Notes: generated by a model not told the origin, from the sequence alone. 63,758 nt of DNA, filler included, from Aduncisulcus paluster (GCA_024181965.1; 5 parts of 5 records of this genome joined end to end with filler, not necessarily neighbours in it); one strand, 5' to 3'. Numbered from the whole stretch's first letter, positions 44,658-56,512 are shown. Translations and numbers: made by a program.

Positions 44658-45389
44658 ATGAAATTTTTTAAATTACTTGGAACAATGACAGGTGTTGGAA
44701 TATTGTTTAATATGTCCTGGAAAACTATCTGCAAAACGTGTCACCTTGAGTTTTTATGGGACTCTCGTGATGCAGGACCCATAATTGGAAAATTGTGTAC
44801 AAATAAGATGAAAGAATATTTCGATCCTGGCTTGCCAAAATCAGATGTTACAGTTGATATTTCTCGAGAGGATAAAATCCCTCCTTCCGAATCAGACATA
44901 TTTTGGAAATCATTTACCTCATCTCTTGCTCCTAAAATTGATCCATTTTATATTCTTGACCCTACAGGTATTCACAAACCCCGAAAGAAACATGTTGTTA
45001 TTCGTCATGTTTTATCAGAAAAAAAACATCTTTCAAAAAAAATGATTCAATGGCATACATCTAAACCTTATACAAGAAGTTCTTTGTTATCTGCTCCTGC
45101 AATTATTAGAGCTTTGTTTAAAGGAAAGAGTCCAAATTGGTTGTTTGGTGGATTTGGAGAAAAAGATATAAGAACTAGTCGTAGAATAGCATTTAATAAG
45201 CGTGAAAATGCTATATATCAGCCTTTGCTAACTTCGGTTATGTGCACTTCTAATCGGTTGCTCGTGGATGGAGATTATTTGCCAACATTTTTGTATGGTG
45301 GATTTGGAAGTGATGATCTGCTATTTTCAGGAAGAGAAAAGGGAGGCATATGGTATCCAAGTGAAATCAATGGGCTGTGTGCCATATAA
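44658..45389 (+). CDS. Hypothetical protein
   Basis: 243-aa ATG ORF with two GGFG motifs; family not recognised. Confidence 0.65.
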   Translation: MKFFKLLGTMTGVGILFNMSWKTICKTCHLEFLWDSRDAGPIIGKLCTNKMKEYFDPGLPKSDVTVDISREDKIPPSESDIFWKSFTSSLAPKIDPFYILDPTGIHKPRKKHVVIRHVLSEKKHLSKKMIQWHTSKPYTRSSLLSAPAIIRALFKGKSPNWLFGGFGEKDIRTSRRIAFNKRENAIYQPLLTSVMCTSNRLLVDGDYLPTFLYGGFGSDDLLFSGREKGGIWYPSEINGLCAI

Positions 45390-45548
45390 TCTCTTATGAG
45401 GTTGGAGAATTAATCTTGATGCTTATTATCAAAAAAATAGATTTATTATGAACTGAATAAAATAGATTTGAACTTAATGGATAGATCTATTACGTAGTAA
45501 GTAAGGAAAACCAAATCGATGATTTTGGTCACTATCAGAGAATCTGTC

Positions 45549-45869
45549 ATGCCTCACGCTATTATATTATATGAATTTATTGTTGGCAAAAGAACATATC
45601 GCCAATTTGATGATGAAAACGACGCTCTCCAAGATATTGTGAGAGTTTTCGAGAAACAGCTCTCCCAAAAGACTCACCAGAGTGGTATAATTGAATATGA
45701 AATCTCTGATGTTCTTGTTTTTGTTGATAATGTATTTGATCTTGGATTATTGGTTTGTAATGATGCTTTAAAGGCGTATAATGCTTATGGGAAGCCTGAG
45801 ATCAAGGAAAAGCTCGAATGGTTTTTGACGAGACATTTATGTTCTCCTTTACAAAGTAAGAAAGAGTAG
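45549..45869 (+). CDS. ERH: Enhancer of rudimentary homolog
   Basis: MPHAIIL..RTY..FEKQL..IEYEISDVLVFVD..DLGLLV..Y.AYGKPEIKEK aligns by eye with ERH over its full length. Confidence 0.88.
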   Translation: MPHAIILYEFIVGKRTYRQFDDENDALQDIVRVFEKQLSQKTHQSGIIEYEISDVLVFVDNVFDLGLLVCNDALKAYNAYGKPEIKEKLEWFLTRHLCSPLQSKKE

Positions 45870-46196
45870 AATTGAGTTATATGATGTTTTTTTTGATGTT
45901 TTGCCCACTGTATTGTTTTTGTAAAATGTCATAAATTCTCTTTTATTTGACATAATTCCATAATATAATTTTAAAAATAAGTATCCTATCTACTCATTTG
46001 CCTTGCAATCATCATTATAATCATTCCAAATATATGGGGGAAACAGATTGATCTCTTCTTCCATTTATTATTTCGATATTTCCACCTCCCCATATTAAAA
46101 ACAAATAAAATAGTATGTTTGTCCAAGAATAATATAATTTTATTATTATTATCAATGAATATGAAGGATATTCTTAATATTCGTTTCAGTAGTAGT

Positions 46197-46844
46197 TCAT
46201 TTGATGAATGGAATTCTTGTGGGTACATCTTTTTTATATTGAATATATTCATCTCCGAAGAAAATAACTAATAATGATTCTTCATAACGAATCCTATCAC
46301 GGAAGAAAATATACTCAACAAAAGCGAAAGCGAGAATAGAAAATGGATTGCAAAGAATAATTTGAGTTCCAACAGCATACCAAAACCATCCAAAATAGGA
46401 AGGATGCCGAGAAAAGGAGTAGACTCCTTTCTTACACAATTTATGACTGGTGGTTTTGTGAGTACGGATCATATGAGTAAAAGTCTTATTTGTCAAAATG
46501 GCAGCTTTCCTAAAAAATTCACCAAATGTGGTCACAGCGATCCCGATAAACATTACAATTCTAGGTTTCATTTGAGGGAAAAAATATGCTTCAACAAAAT
46601 ATTCTGTCAATCCAACAGCCATAGCAATCAAATATGGAACGGAAATCAACAATGATCCAATACTGAATTTATCAGCCATTTGAACTAATGCCAGAAGAGC
46701 TTCAGAAATATGGAAGAATAACACAAATCCACAAAACCAATATATTGGAACCATATCTATAGCTGAAAAAAAGGTACTAATTGAAGGAAATAAGGAAAAT
46801 TTTAGAAAATCAAAAATTTCATCCATCATGTCGATCAAAAGCAT
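46197..46844 (-). CDS. ICMT: Protein-S-isoprenylcysteine O-methyltransferase (Ste14/ICMT)
   Basis: FTHMI..HKL..GVYSFSRHPSYFGWFWYAVGTQIILCNP..FFRDRIRYEE..FFGDEY..YKK.VPT.IPFI. Confidence 0.95.
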   Translation of the reverse strand: MLLIDMMDEIFDFLKFSLFPSISTFFSAIDMVPIYWFCGFVLFFHISEALLALVQMADKFSIGSLLISVPYLIAMAVGLTEYFVEAYFFPQMKPRIVMFIGIAVTTFGEFFRKAAILTNKTFTHMIRTHKTTSHKLCKKGVYSFSRHPSYFGWFWYAVGTQIILCNPFSILAFAFVEYIFFRDRIRYEESLLVIFFGDEYIQYKKDVPTRIPFIK

Positions 46845-47255
46845 GAAATTATAGTATCTGCGCCGATATCAAGTAATTCAACAATTTCAGACCAAAAAAT
46901 CATTAAATTACATCAATTAAATTTTAAATTGCAAAATAACAAATCAAAGAACAAAGTAAAACGGAAGATATCACTTTATTTTACTGNNNNNNNNNNNNNN
47001 NNNNNNCACAAATCCACAGAACCAATATATTGGAACCATATCTATAGCTGAAAAAAAGGTACTAATTGAAGGAAATAAGGAAAATTTTAGAAAATCAAAA
47101 ATTTCATCCATCATGTCGCTCAAAAGCATGAAATTATAGTATCTGCGCCGATATCAAGTAATTCAACAATTTCAGACCAAAAAATCATTAAATTACATCA
47201 ATTAAATTTTAAATTGCAAAATAACAAATCAAAGAACAAAGTAAAACGGAAGATA

Positions 47256-47672
47256 TCACTTTATTTTACTGAACAGTATTTCGACACCTTCTTTGAATCC
47301 TGGAACTCTAATTTGTGTCTGTTGTTTGAAAAATGGGTTTAAAAATAATTCCAAGTATTTTCTGTGAACAGCAACAAAAAAATCAGAGATTAGAGATTCA
47401 TTCTTAACTTCTGGACCATCAATTAAAAGCAAAAAACGTAAATTTCCTGGAGAAACATATGCATGAACTCTTTTCCCCTGTCCAGCCTGAAATTTTTCGA
47501 CACATCCTAAATAACAACTTGTACTCTCACCTTTATCACACTCATCGACAGAGTCCAAGGCGCTATGTATTAAAAATTGATTCAAATGAGGTGAATTAGC
47601 AGATGGTGATACAAGACTGTGATAAAATAGAAGACTATCTCCTTTCCCAACAATAGCGAATGCAAATGACAT
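47256..47672 (-). CDS. TRAPPC2: TRAPP subunit sedlin / Trs20
   Basis: FAIVGKGD, LNQFLIHSALDSVDE, YLGCVEKF, VHAYVSPGNLRFLLL, FFVAVHRKY..LNPF. Confidence 0.92.
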   Translation of the reverse strand: MSFAFAIVGKGDSLLFYHSLVSPSANSPHLNQFLIHSALDSVDECDKGESTSCYLGCVEKFQAGQGKRVHAYVSPGNLRFLLLIDGPEVKNESLISDFFVAVHRKYLELFLNPFFKQQTQIRVPGFKEGVEILFSKIK

Positions 47673-47933
47673 TATATGACAATAGTTTTCGATATAAATG
47701 ATTTAACAATTAATAAAATAATAGAAACGATGGTATTATAGTGTGTAAAGTTACCAAAAGCCATATTTATAACGCTAGAACCATTCCCGAGTATTTGGAG
47801 AATTTATAAGATTGAATTATGTAATAATTGAATTCAAACAACACTTTAACAAATAATTATTTGGACAAAATAATTTATTGATGATAATATCAACTGACAA
47901 AAGAATTCCACTTTTGACTCACAAATAAAGCAA

Positions 47934-48208
47934 TTATTCATCCTCAATTTGATCAAAATCAACACTTTCTCCTGAATCTTCATCATGAATTTCATCTTCC
48001 TCCCTCATTTCTTCCTCTTCCTCTTTTCTACTCTTCTTTTTCATACGAGCAGCTTGCTGAGTCTTAGTTCCAACATTCTTAAAGCTTTCTTTCTCATCCA
48101 TGAGCTGGATCTGTTTCTCTTCGATCATCCTCTCCTTCTCTTCCGCCATTCTCCTCTCTTCTTCTTTCTTCTGAGCAAGCAATTCCTCGAAATGCAATCC
48201 AATCTCAC
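47934..48208 (-). CDS. 3' end of a charged hypothetical protein (5'-truncated)
   Basis: E/K-rich frame running from the linker to a stop at 47934. Confidence 0.5.
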
Positions 48209-48308
48209 NNNNNNNNNNNNNNNNNNNNNNNNNNNNNNNNNNNNNNNNNNNNTTAATTAATTAANNNNNNNNNNNNNNNNNNNNNNNNNNNNNNNNNNNN
48301 NNNNNNNN
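48209..48308. other. Artificial scaffold linker
   Basis: N-TTAATTAATTAA-N. Confidence 0.97.
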
Positions 48309-48688
48309 ATAAGACAGTGATTGGTGCAAAGGAAGTGGAATTCCTCGGATTCATGATCAGTGGTGAAGGGATTAGACGTAGCCCGAAGAAATTGGCAGCT
48401 ATTAAGAAGTTCAAGAAGCTCAAAAGTGTTAGTGATGTGAGAAGTTTCCTTGGAACTGCGAATTATTTGAAAAAGTTTATTCCAAATTATGCTGAGAAAG
48501 TGAAACCGTTGACAGCGATGACGGGTAAACATGCAGTGTTTCAGTGGAACAGTGAAGCTAAGAAAGCTATGGATACAGTGATAAAGGATCTCGAAAGTGG
48601 ATTGTGTTTAGAGTTTCCTCGTGCTGATGCTGAATTGCATCTTTATACTGACGCTAGTCTCTGTGGAATCGGTGGAATGTTAGTTTGA
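48309..48688 (+). mobile_element. Ty3/gypsy pol fragment (RT thumb/connection and start of RNase H)
   Basis: EVEFLGFMISGEGI, VRSFLGTANYLKKFIPNYA, FQW, LYTDAS..GIGGML. Confidence 0.92.
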
Positions 48689-48750
48689 AATTCTCACCAG
48701 TTGGTTTTGGTAGAAGTGGCCTTGGAATAGGAGTCTTATTCGATCATATG

Positions 48751-49509
48751 TGATCCTTCTGCTGCCAAAAACCTCACGTATGCACTTCAAAAGGCTGGTC
48801 ATCTTCTACAAGAAAAGAATCCTGCCTATAACCCCACCAACTACTTTTCATTCTTCCGTGAGATTAGAAAAGCTGCTCAAAGGAGATTAAACCAACAAGA
48901 GAGCAAAAAAGGTGTTAGTGGTGAGTTTGTGAGGAAGCAATATACTATGATCCAGCTCAAATTAACTAATGCTTGTAAAAGAGATCACATTCAAGATGAT
49001 GAGCTGTTATCTTCTATGAAGACTTGGATCAAATTTATTAAAAATAAACGGTTGTCGATCGGAGTTCTAAAAATAGACCAATGAGAATCTCACATGAGCT
49101 TGTTTCTTTCCAGAGGTTGCTATTTATTGCCCTTGTTATGTTTACGGATCAGAGAGCAGGGGTAATTAGCAGTATTATGCCTTGTGATATAACAAAAAGT
49201 CAAGGAAAACTCACCATTTCATTGGACAGAGGAAGAAAAATGAGTACAAGAGGAGGAAAAAGCAAATATGTCTTTGGTGATGACTGGGTTTTCCTTCGAG
49301 ACAGTTTAATTCTCTGGACCACCTCTCTGAGAAGGAGATATTATAAGCTGATTGGAGGGAAACACCATGAAATTCCCCTTGAAAGCCTTCCGTTATTCTT
49401 TTCGAGCTGTTTGAATCGTCTTTCTAACCATGTAATCAGCTTATGGTTGGATAAGACTTTTGGAACCCATGTTACCATTACAGATCTTCGAAAAGCATTG
49501 GTTGATTAG
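48751..49509 (+). mobile_element. Tyrosine recombinase fragment, frameshifted and truncated before the catalytic Tyr
   Basis: LLFIALVMFTDQRAGVISSI..DI (box I Arg) and VTITDLRK (HxLR-equivalent), with a helical upstream frame. Confidence 0.7.
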
Positions 49510-49680
49510 GAAGAAAAAGAAAGGCAGAAAAGCCGAAAGAAGATCAAAAGAAAAGAAAGATGAAGAAACCCCTCAAGGGGAGTATGCTCAAACCGAAAAA
49601 CGTGAACCCTATTGCAAGATTTGTAAACGTAAAGGCCATTGGACATCCCAATGTCGCAAAGTCAAAGCAATAGTAAACGT
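49510..49680 (+). mobile_element. Gag-type CCHC zinc-knuckle fragment
   Basis: CKICKRKGHWTSQC = CX2CX4HX4C. Confidence 0.75.
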
Positions 49681-49793
49681 GAGCAAATATTCGGAAGACT
49701 TTACTACTAGTACTACTATACTGTTAGTAACAGTAGTACTGTACTACTAAAAATAAGGAATGTGTAAATGACGAGATCGACCTACCTAAATAA

Positions 49794-50330
49794 ATGGCAT
49801 GTTTAACAGCTGACATGGAACAGAAGAATCGCAATGCTGGAATCAAAGGGGTTACATCGAACCATCCATGTTGCATGTGCAAATGGTCACCAAAACCTTC
49901 ACTTTCCAAACCTTTCAATCAGTGCACCAAGAGTAATAACATAGGTGAGTTTTGCAAGACAAAGGAAGGAATTCTTGATATCCCAGGAAGCTCTTTTGAT
50001 ATTTTTACGATGCGACCATTTGATGTTCTCCATACTGAGCATAAACGACAGAGTCATCGGGTATGGGTTTGGATTGAAGACTATCTGTCAAAGAAGCTGT
50101 AAGCTAAGCCAAATTTATTTAAATAAACGGTTCTATAAATAGGACATCCCTGAGAATGTCTGTAGATAAGGATCAATGTCCGTAACAGAAGCTAACTCAG
50201 AGTGCCATTAGAGCTTCGACACCAATTCTGCTGATAAGTTTGGTTCTTGTTTACGTTACGACACAGGTGTCATGGAGCGGCTTCACACCTTTGCAAAAAA
50301 AGAAATTGTGAATAACAATTATAAAGGGGA
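49794..50330 (+). mobile_element. EnSpm/CACTA-Plavaka-like transposase core fragment 1
   Basis: ADMEQKNRNAG..HPCCMC..PFDVLH, then KFGSCLRYDTGVMERLH..K..N (third acidic residue motif). Confidence 0.7.
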
Positions 50331-50724
50331 GTGGATAGTTTTCTTTTATACAATTACTGCTGTAAGCACCATATAGTCGCTCAAAAACACAGTTAAGAAT
50401 TTTTGAAAAGAGTTACGGAGGAGAAAGCAAAAAGACCTGACATTAGAGATTAATAAGCTTATTGAAGAGGGAAAAATCCTTCCAAGATTGGAAACAATAA
50501 TGAAGTATCATTATGACACTCAAGCAGTGGTCCATTCTTTGCCTTATTATTCCTTTCAATACTACCCTATTTGTTCTTATATCAAAGAAATTTTTAATCT
50601 CAGGTCTAAATTAAACAAAATATCTCCTCCACCTCTTCAATCTCTTTTTGGAACACGGAAGCATGAAATCCATGAACATGCATGATATTCGGTCAAGCGA
50701 AAGAATTATAGGGATTGTTTTCAA

Positions 50725-51582
50725 TTGACTTCAATGGCTGGTAGAAGCGGAGAAGGATTGTATTTAAGTTTTCCTGGTCAATCAAATGTAATCTTCTTGA
50801 TCTCAATATATGACTTATCAGATGAAGCAGAGGTAATCCAAGTACTTAACGCTGATATAAAACAATTAAGAAGAGGAATTCTGGTTGATGAGTTAGTTGT
50901 TAGAGGCGATGTATGGGCTGTTTTAGCTGATAATAAGCAGAGGAATCGGAATGCTGGATTAAAAGCTTCCACAAGCCTTCATCCTTGTGTTGTCTGTAAA
51001 ACTCTGATTCAAGATGGTAAAGAGACACTAGGTGATGCTAGAGAAGATATGTATGAAGTTCCCTCAGAGGATAATTCGAAGAAATCACAAATACCAATTC
51101 TTCATCTTCCCTCTTCTTCATTCAATCCACTCATGCATCAACCTTTTGATAGATTGCATGCCTTCAGGACAAGACTGAGTGAGAAGATGGGGTCGTTATT
51201 GTGTGATCAACTGAGAATCTTGGATAATACCATCATGGCATCCCGTGATGTTTCTATTACCCTGTTGTTACTCCTGTCTTCCCCTACTCATTCCCCAGAA
51301 AAGCTCAAAGAAATAATAACAAGACCGGCAAAGGTTGTTGGGGTACATGATATGACAACAAAAAGGTGTCATAATTGCACATCAAACGGGGTTGATTCTT
51401 TGATCGGATACTCTGGAAGCTCAAAGGCGCACGAAGGATTGCTGTCAATGGCAACTCGCAGAAATTTCCTCTTTAATTCCAGTGATATACATGGTGATTT
51501 TATGCATATGGAGTTGTTGGGGATGGGCAGAGTTGTGGTTGGGATTCTTGGCAGAGCTCTGCTAATAATTATTTCAAATTAA
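50725..51582 (+). mobile_element. EnSpm/Plavaka-like transposase core fragments 2 and 3, fused in one frame
   Basis: ADNKQRNRNAG..HPCVVC..PFDRLH, then a second HD..CHNC..GDFMHMELLG. Confidence 0.65.
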
Positions 51583-51649
51583 TTTAATAATAATTACATT
51601 ATTATTGACATCAATTATTTTGAGAGCTTGATTCGGGTTCTCTCGAACA

Positions 51650-51960
51650 AACATCTAAGGAGCAAGAGAATCTCGTATATTGCCTTTCTAGGCATGAAGG
51701 GATGGATCCTCTTCGATAGAATAGTTGGCTCTCATTGTGTCGCCACATTTCTATCCTGGTACGAACACTCCTGGCCTCGGGAGCGATTATTCCCCATACA
51801 AAAAACCATATATGGATATTGGATAACTGTTCTATTCATACAAATCCGAAAACAATTGCATTTCTAAAGAAAAATGGGATTTACCCTTTCTTTTTACCGA
51901 CTTACTGCCCTTGATACCGGTTGAAAATGGGTTTAGTGTCATAAAAAAATGTTAAAACGT
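51650..51960 (+). mobile_element. IS630/Tc1-mariner DDE transposase fragment, frameshifted
   Basis: KRISYIAFLG..G, then IWILDNCSIH..FLPTYCP / PVENGFSVIK (DN..H..LP.YSP.LNP.E..FS..K signature). Confidence 0.8.
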
Positions 51961-52203
51961 ACTTCTACAATCGGAATAGCGGATGTATATGGTGTTTGCC
52001 GACAAACCGATCTCGCCTTCTTCACCAAAAGTGATGTGAGTGCCTATAATCCTAAGCCCCATTATTCACAAACCAATTGGATACATAAAACTGTTCATGA
52101 ATTGGTTACAGAGAATATGGATATTAGATCAAAGACAACTCAAAGGTTTTCGACTTAAAAGAAGATGATCCGTCATTTTCATTCCCTCATGAAGGATTGA
52201 ATA

Positions 52204-52755
52204 TTGGAATCGATTAAAGGTAAGATTATGTTTTCCAATGGTTTTGCTGCTGATACTCCTCAAAGGGTGAAATTAAGTGGGCTTACAGCTAGTTTCCCCA
52301 ATAATTGTGTGTTCTGCTCAGGAATCCTGTCAACTGGAAACAAAGTGTCAAAAAAAGGATGGATTGAAGCAGAAAAATGTCAGATTCGTGAAGGATGTGA
52401 GCAATTCGGGATCGATCTTTTGCACATGGAGTTGAAAGGGACCTCCAAATACTATTTGAGTCTCGCTATCCATTTCTTTAGAAAATATAGAGGCAGTACA
52501 GAAGCAGATTCAAGAGTATTCAATAGTAGGCTTCACCTATTATCACTCCCCCACGTTCTAGAGGAACCAGTCAAGTGGGAAGGCCACCACCACAGAAAAT
52601 TCCTACCACTAGCCGCTCTTCTACAGGGTGACCTTGTCCGAGATGAGAGAGTAATCCAACTCTGGGAAGGATTTAGCTCATATCATCATGATTTAAGACA
52701 TCTCAAGAGAGTGGAGGAAGCAAAAAAACGTGCCGAGATTCATGGGAAGTTATGA
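52204..52755 (+). mobile_element. EnSpm/Plavaka-like transposase core fragment 4
   Basis: AADTPQRVKLSG..CVFC..GIDLLHMELKG. Confidence 0.7.
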
Positions 52756-53820
52756 CACGAGAGGAAGCGACTGATGTGGTAGCAGATATGAAACTACAAT
52801 ACCAAGTGCTGATCCCCATCCAACTGGGAATTGAGTGTGTTCACGCGAAGGTTATCGCTTCACTTTTGTCTTTCTTTCTTTTTCTATTAAACTATTAAAC
52901 CCCACCACAGGGCAATGCCAAAGTCCAAATATTGATTGGCATCATAGGGCGTGGTGGGATTTATTATTATTGTATTAAGGTTATTGTATTTAACGCACAG
53001 ATAAGGTCCTTGGAATATAAATGGCATTTAGCTAACTTCTCTTCACGGTCTATGGATTGGCAGTGGAAGATGTGCAGATGATCATATTACAGTTCAAGAG
53101 ATTGAAGATGGAAAAGGCCACAGGAACAATCTATAAGTATTCCAAAACCATCACTATTTGTTCAGTTATGTGAGTGAACAAGCCTGTAAGCAACTAATAG
53201 ATTTGATCACTGTCCACAAGCCCATCAGTTCTTTTGAAGAATATCTTTTCTTATCACCGATTCTCCTTTTGGCAGCGGACATTGCATCCAGAACTGGAAA
53301 CCATTGGCCTATTGCGATGAGTCCAGGCTTCATAGCGCGAACCGGCTTTGAATATTCAGAAATAGTACTTCGAAGAATGTTTCTGTGGATGTTCGTCAGC
53401 TTTCCATTAACTTCAAGCATCAATTTTTCTTCGGTAAGAGGATATGCTTCAACTAGGCCAAAATCTTTGTCTGCTCGTAACTCAGAGCATATATCATCGA
53501 TTCTTTCCCAGTTGATGTTTGGCGCTTCGATATTGATTTGTTATTTTTCTTCTGTGACTTCTGTTCACTTTCATCTAATGCCCATAATTATCATCCTCAA
53601 TATCCATGGAAAGAGTGACTTTGGTTTGCATTTTCTTCTCATAATCCAACAGAAGAAGCACAAGAGAAACGTAATCCATCCTTTTGTCGAAATAATGCAG
53701 CTATATTTCGAACTTTTTCCACGGCAGACCATGATGTCATCATCCGATCGAGGTCTTATCACAATTAACAGGAAGCTGTGAACTAACAATATCAAACCTT
53801 TTTTTGTCTATTTTTTATTA

Positions 53821-56512
53821 CTATTTTGTAGAAACAATTGGTTCAACCGCTTGCTCTAATCTCCTGAGTTCATTTTCATTCAAGTGAGGAGATAATTTCG
53901 TATAGACATATTGGTGATAATCGTTAATATCATCGATTTCTCTTTGACTAAAATACTTCCATTCAACACAAGATACATCGTAAGGAACAAGGGTAAGGGT
54001 CTCAAGTTGAAGAAGTTCTTTTTTTTGGATTTCAGGGTGAGGAATGTCAATGGGATTGATTTTCTTGGCAACATGAACATTTTCAATTCGTATGCCATAT
54101 TTTCCTGGAAGGTAAAATCCTGGTTCGTTTGAGAACATCATATTTTCTTTAATTCCCAGTGATGTCACTGGTGTATCAGATGAAGATATATACGGGGGAC
54201 CTTCGTGTACACACAAANNNNNNNNNNNNNNNNNNNNTCAAGTGAGGAGATAATTTCGTATAGACATATTGGTGATAATCGTTAATATCATCGATTTCTC
54301 TTTGACTAAAATACTTCCATTCAACACAAGATACATCGTAAGGAACAAGGGTAAGGGTCTCAAGTTGAAGAAGTTCTTTTTTTTGGATTTCAGGGTGAGG
54401 AATGTCAATGGGATTGATTTTCTTGGCAACATGAACATTTTCAATTCGTATGCCATATTTTCCTGGAAGGTAAAATCCTGGTTCGTTTGAGAACATCATA
54501 TTTTCTTTAATTCCCAGTGATGTCACTGGTGTATCAGATGAAGATATATACGGGGGACCTTCGTGTACACACAAACCACAGCCAACACCATGCCCTGTGG
54601 AATGTCCGAAATCACCCAATTGACATCCCCAAACATGATGGCGGGCAATGAAATCAAGGACTTTGCTCTGAGTGTCTTCAGGGAATACTGCCATTGAAAG
54701 AGCAATGTGAGCTTTCAATACTGAGGAATATGAACGCGAGTATGATCCATCGGGGCTTTGGATCAGGGATGGAGTTTTGGAATGAATAGATGGAACAACC
54801 CAAGTACGAGTCGTATCAGTTGTTACAGAGGGAAGATATATTCCACCAGAATCAACAAGAAGAGGTTGTCCAGGCAGGATGACGGAGGACTCACTTTCAG
54901 AGGGTTTATAATGAATTATACTCCCATTCTTCCCACTTCCAACGATTGCTTCAAATGAATCGTCGGAAGCTCCATGATCTTTCCTCATTTGAGAAAGTTT
55001 AAGACTAAAATCATATTCTGTTAAAGCTTTACCTTCCTCGATACAATCGCACAACCAACACCATGTCTTGAAAATAGCAATACCATCCAAAACATGCATT
55101 TCTCTGGCTCTTGTGATCTCTAACTCTGTTTTAATACTCTTGGCAATGTCGCATGGACAGAGGGGGAGAGTTAAGAAAGTAAAAGATTGATGAGAAGGGT
55201 GAGATTCACCTTCAAATTTCTTCCATTCCTGATGAAACACACAATTCAAGGACTTTTCAGATGTAACAAGAACAAAGTCTCCTATTTCACCTGAAAATAA
55301 TGATGAAGGGTAGTTCAGAGCTTGGTCATAGGAATCCGTGTATATGGCCATGGTTCCTTTGAATGTTTCATCCAGAACTTGAGCAATTTGATTATACTTT
55401 GGAGGCGGAAGAACAATGTCTCCTTGTTCGTCGAATATGGGATATTTTGCACTTGACTCCTTGTTAGCAAAGAAAATATCACATCGAGGAATGGAGATTG
55501 AAATAACAGAAATATCATCAAAATCTTGAGAAACAAAGAAATCACAGGTAGGAATCGATGTTTCTGCTGGTTTTTTTCGAGAGATTTGGAATTTACAAGA
55601 AATACCACAGTAGGCCACAGAAACTGAATTGCACTTAATGTCATGAGCTCTAATTCCAAGTAACCAAGCAATCGAGTCAAGGGAAGAAAGGAAAAGGGAG
55701 ATAGTGATTTCTGATTTCTCCAAAAGGGTTTCACTACCATCAGAATCCAGAGATTTGAGACGAGAAGCAAATGGGGTCTTCTTGTTCATCGAAATAAGTA
55801 ATTGGTTTATCAATTTAGAAACTCGAAGGGAATTTTCTTTCACATCTTGCGATTTGGCTTCATCTTTAGTCAATTTGGAAGACAATGGGGATTTGAAAGG
55901 TGGTATAGTGGGAATGGATGCTACAAAGGTCGGGACATTTCCTCCTTTTGCCTCAAGAAACATTTTCACAGGACAACTATCAAGAATAATGAGATATTGA
56001 GATGATAACAAAGGAATAACTGATTTTAATTCCTTCAATGACGTGGAGCGAGTAATCGAAAGGTTTGGGGGCATCTCTGAAGTTTTTGAATCAGAAATGA
56101 GTGATTTTTCAATAGAAACAAGTTTTTTATGAGAAAAAAGGTACCCATTTAGAAGGATTCTTTTCCCGATCATATTTTTTGCTAACCATCCCGAAAGGCG
56201 AAGATCTTTTCTTCCACCGCCGTAAATAAATCGAGTAAATTCGGGAATTTCCATGGCACTCTGTTGTTCATATCGAGAATCGCTCCAAAAATATTTACCT
56301 CCTTCTTTGGTAAACATAATAGTTCCGGCACTACCAGTAAATCCGCTAACAAATTTAACAAGATTATATGCTTCAGGAACATATTCGGATTGATGGGGAT
56401 CTGTGAGCGGGATGATAAGCGCATCAATGTCAAGGTAATTCAAAGATTCGATAATCGTTGTATGGATCATTGAAAGAGAAAAATCTGAGAGTTCAGACAC
56501 AATAATATCCAT
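53821..56512 (-). CDS. Xaa-Pro aminopeptidase (aminopeptidase P, M24B); 3' part duplicated across a gap
   Basis: DPHQSEY..SGFTGSAG..DSRY, LVDSGG.Y..TTDTTRT, FGHSTGHGVG..VHEGP, SNEPGFY..YGIRIEN; 53880-54217 duplicates 54238 onward. Confidence 0.95.

Noticed and set aside
49702-49750. TAC/TAG-rich quasi-palindrome as a spacer between TE fragments
   Set aside because: Occurs once and is low complexity; no repeated separator was seen at other junctions
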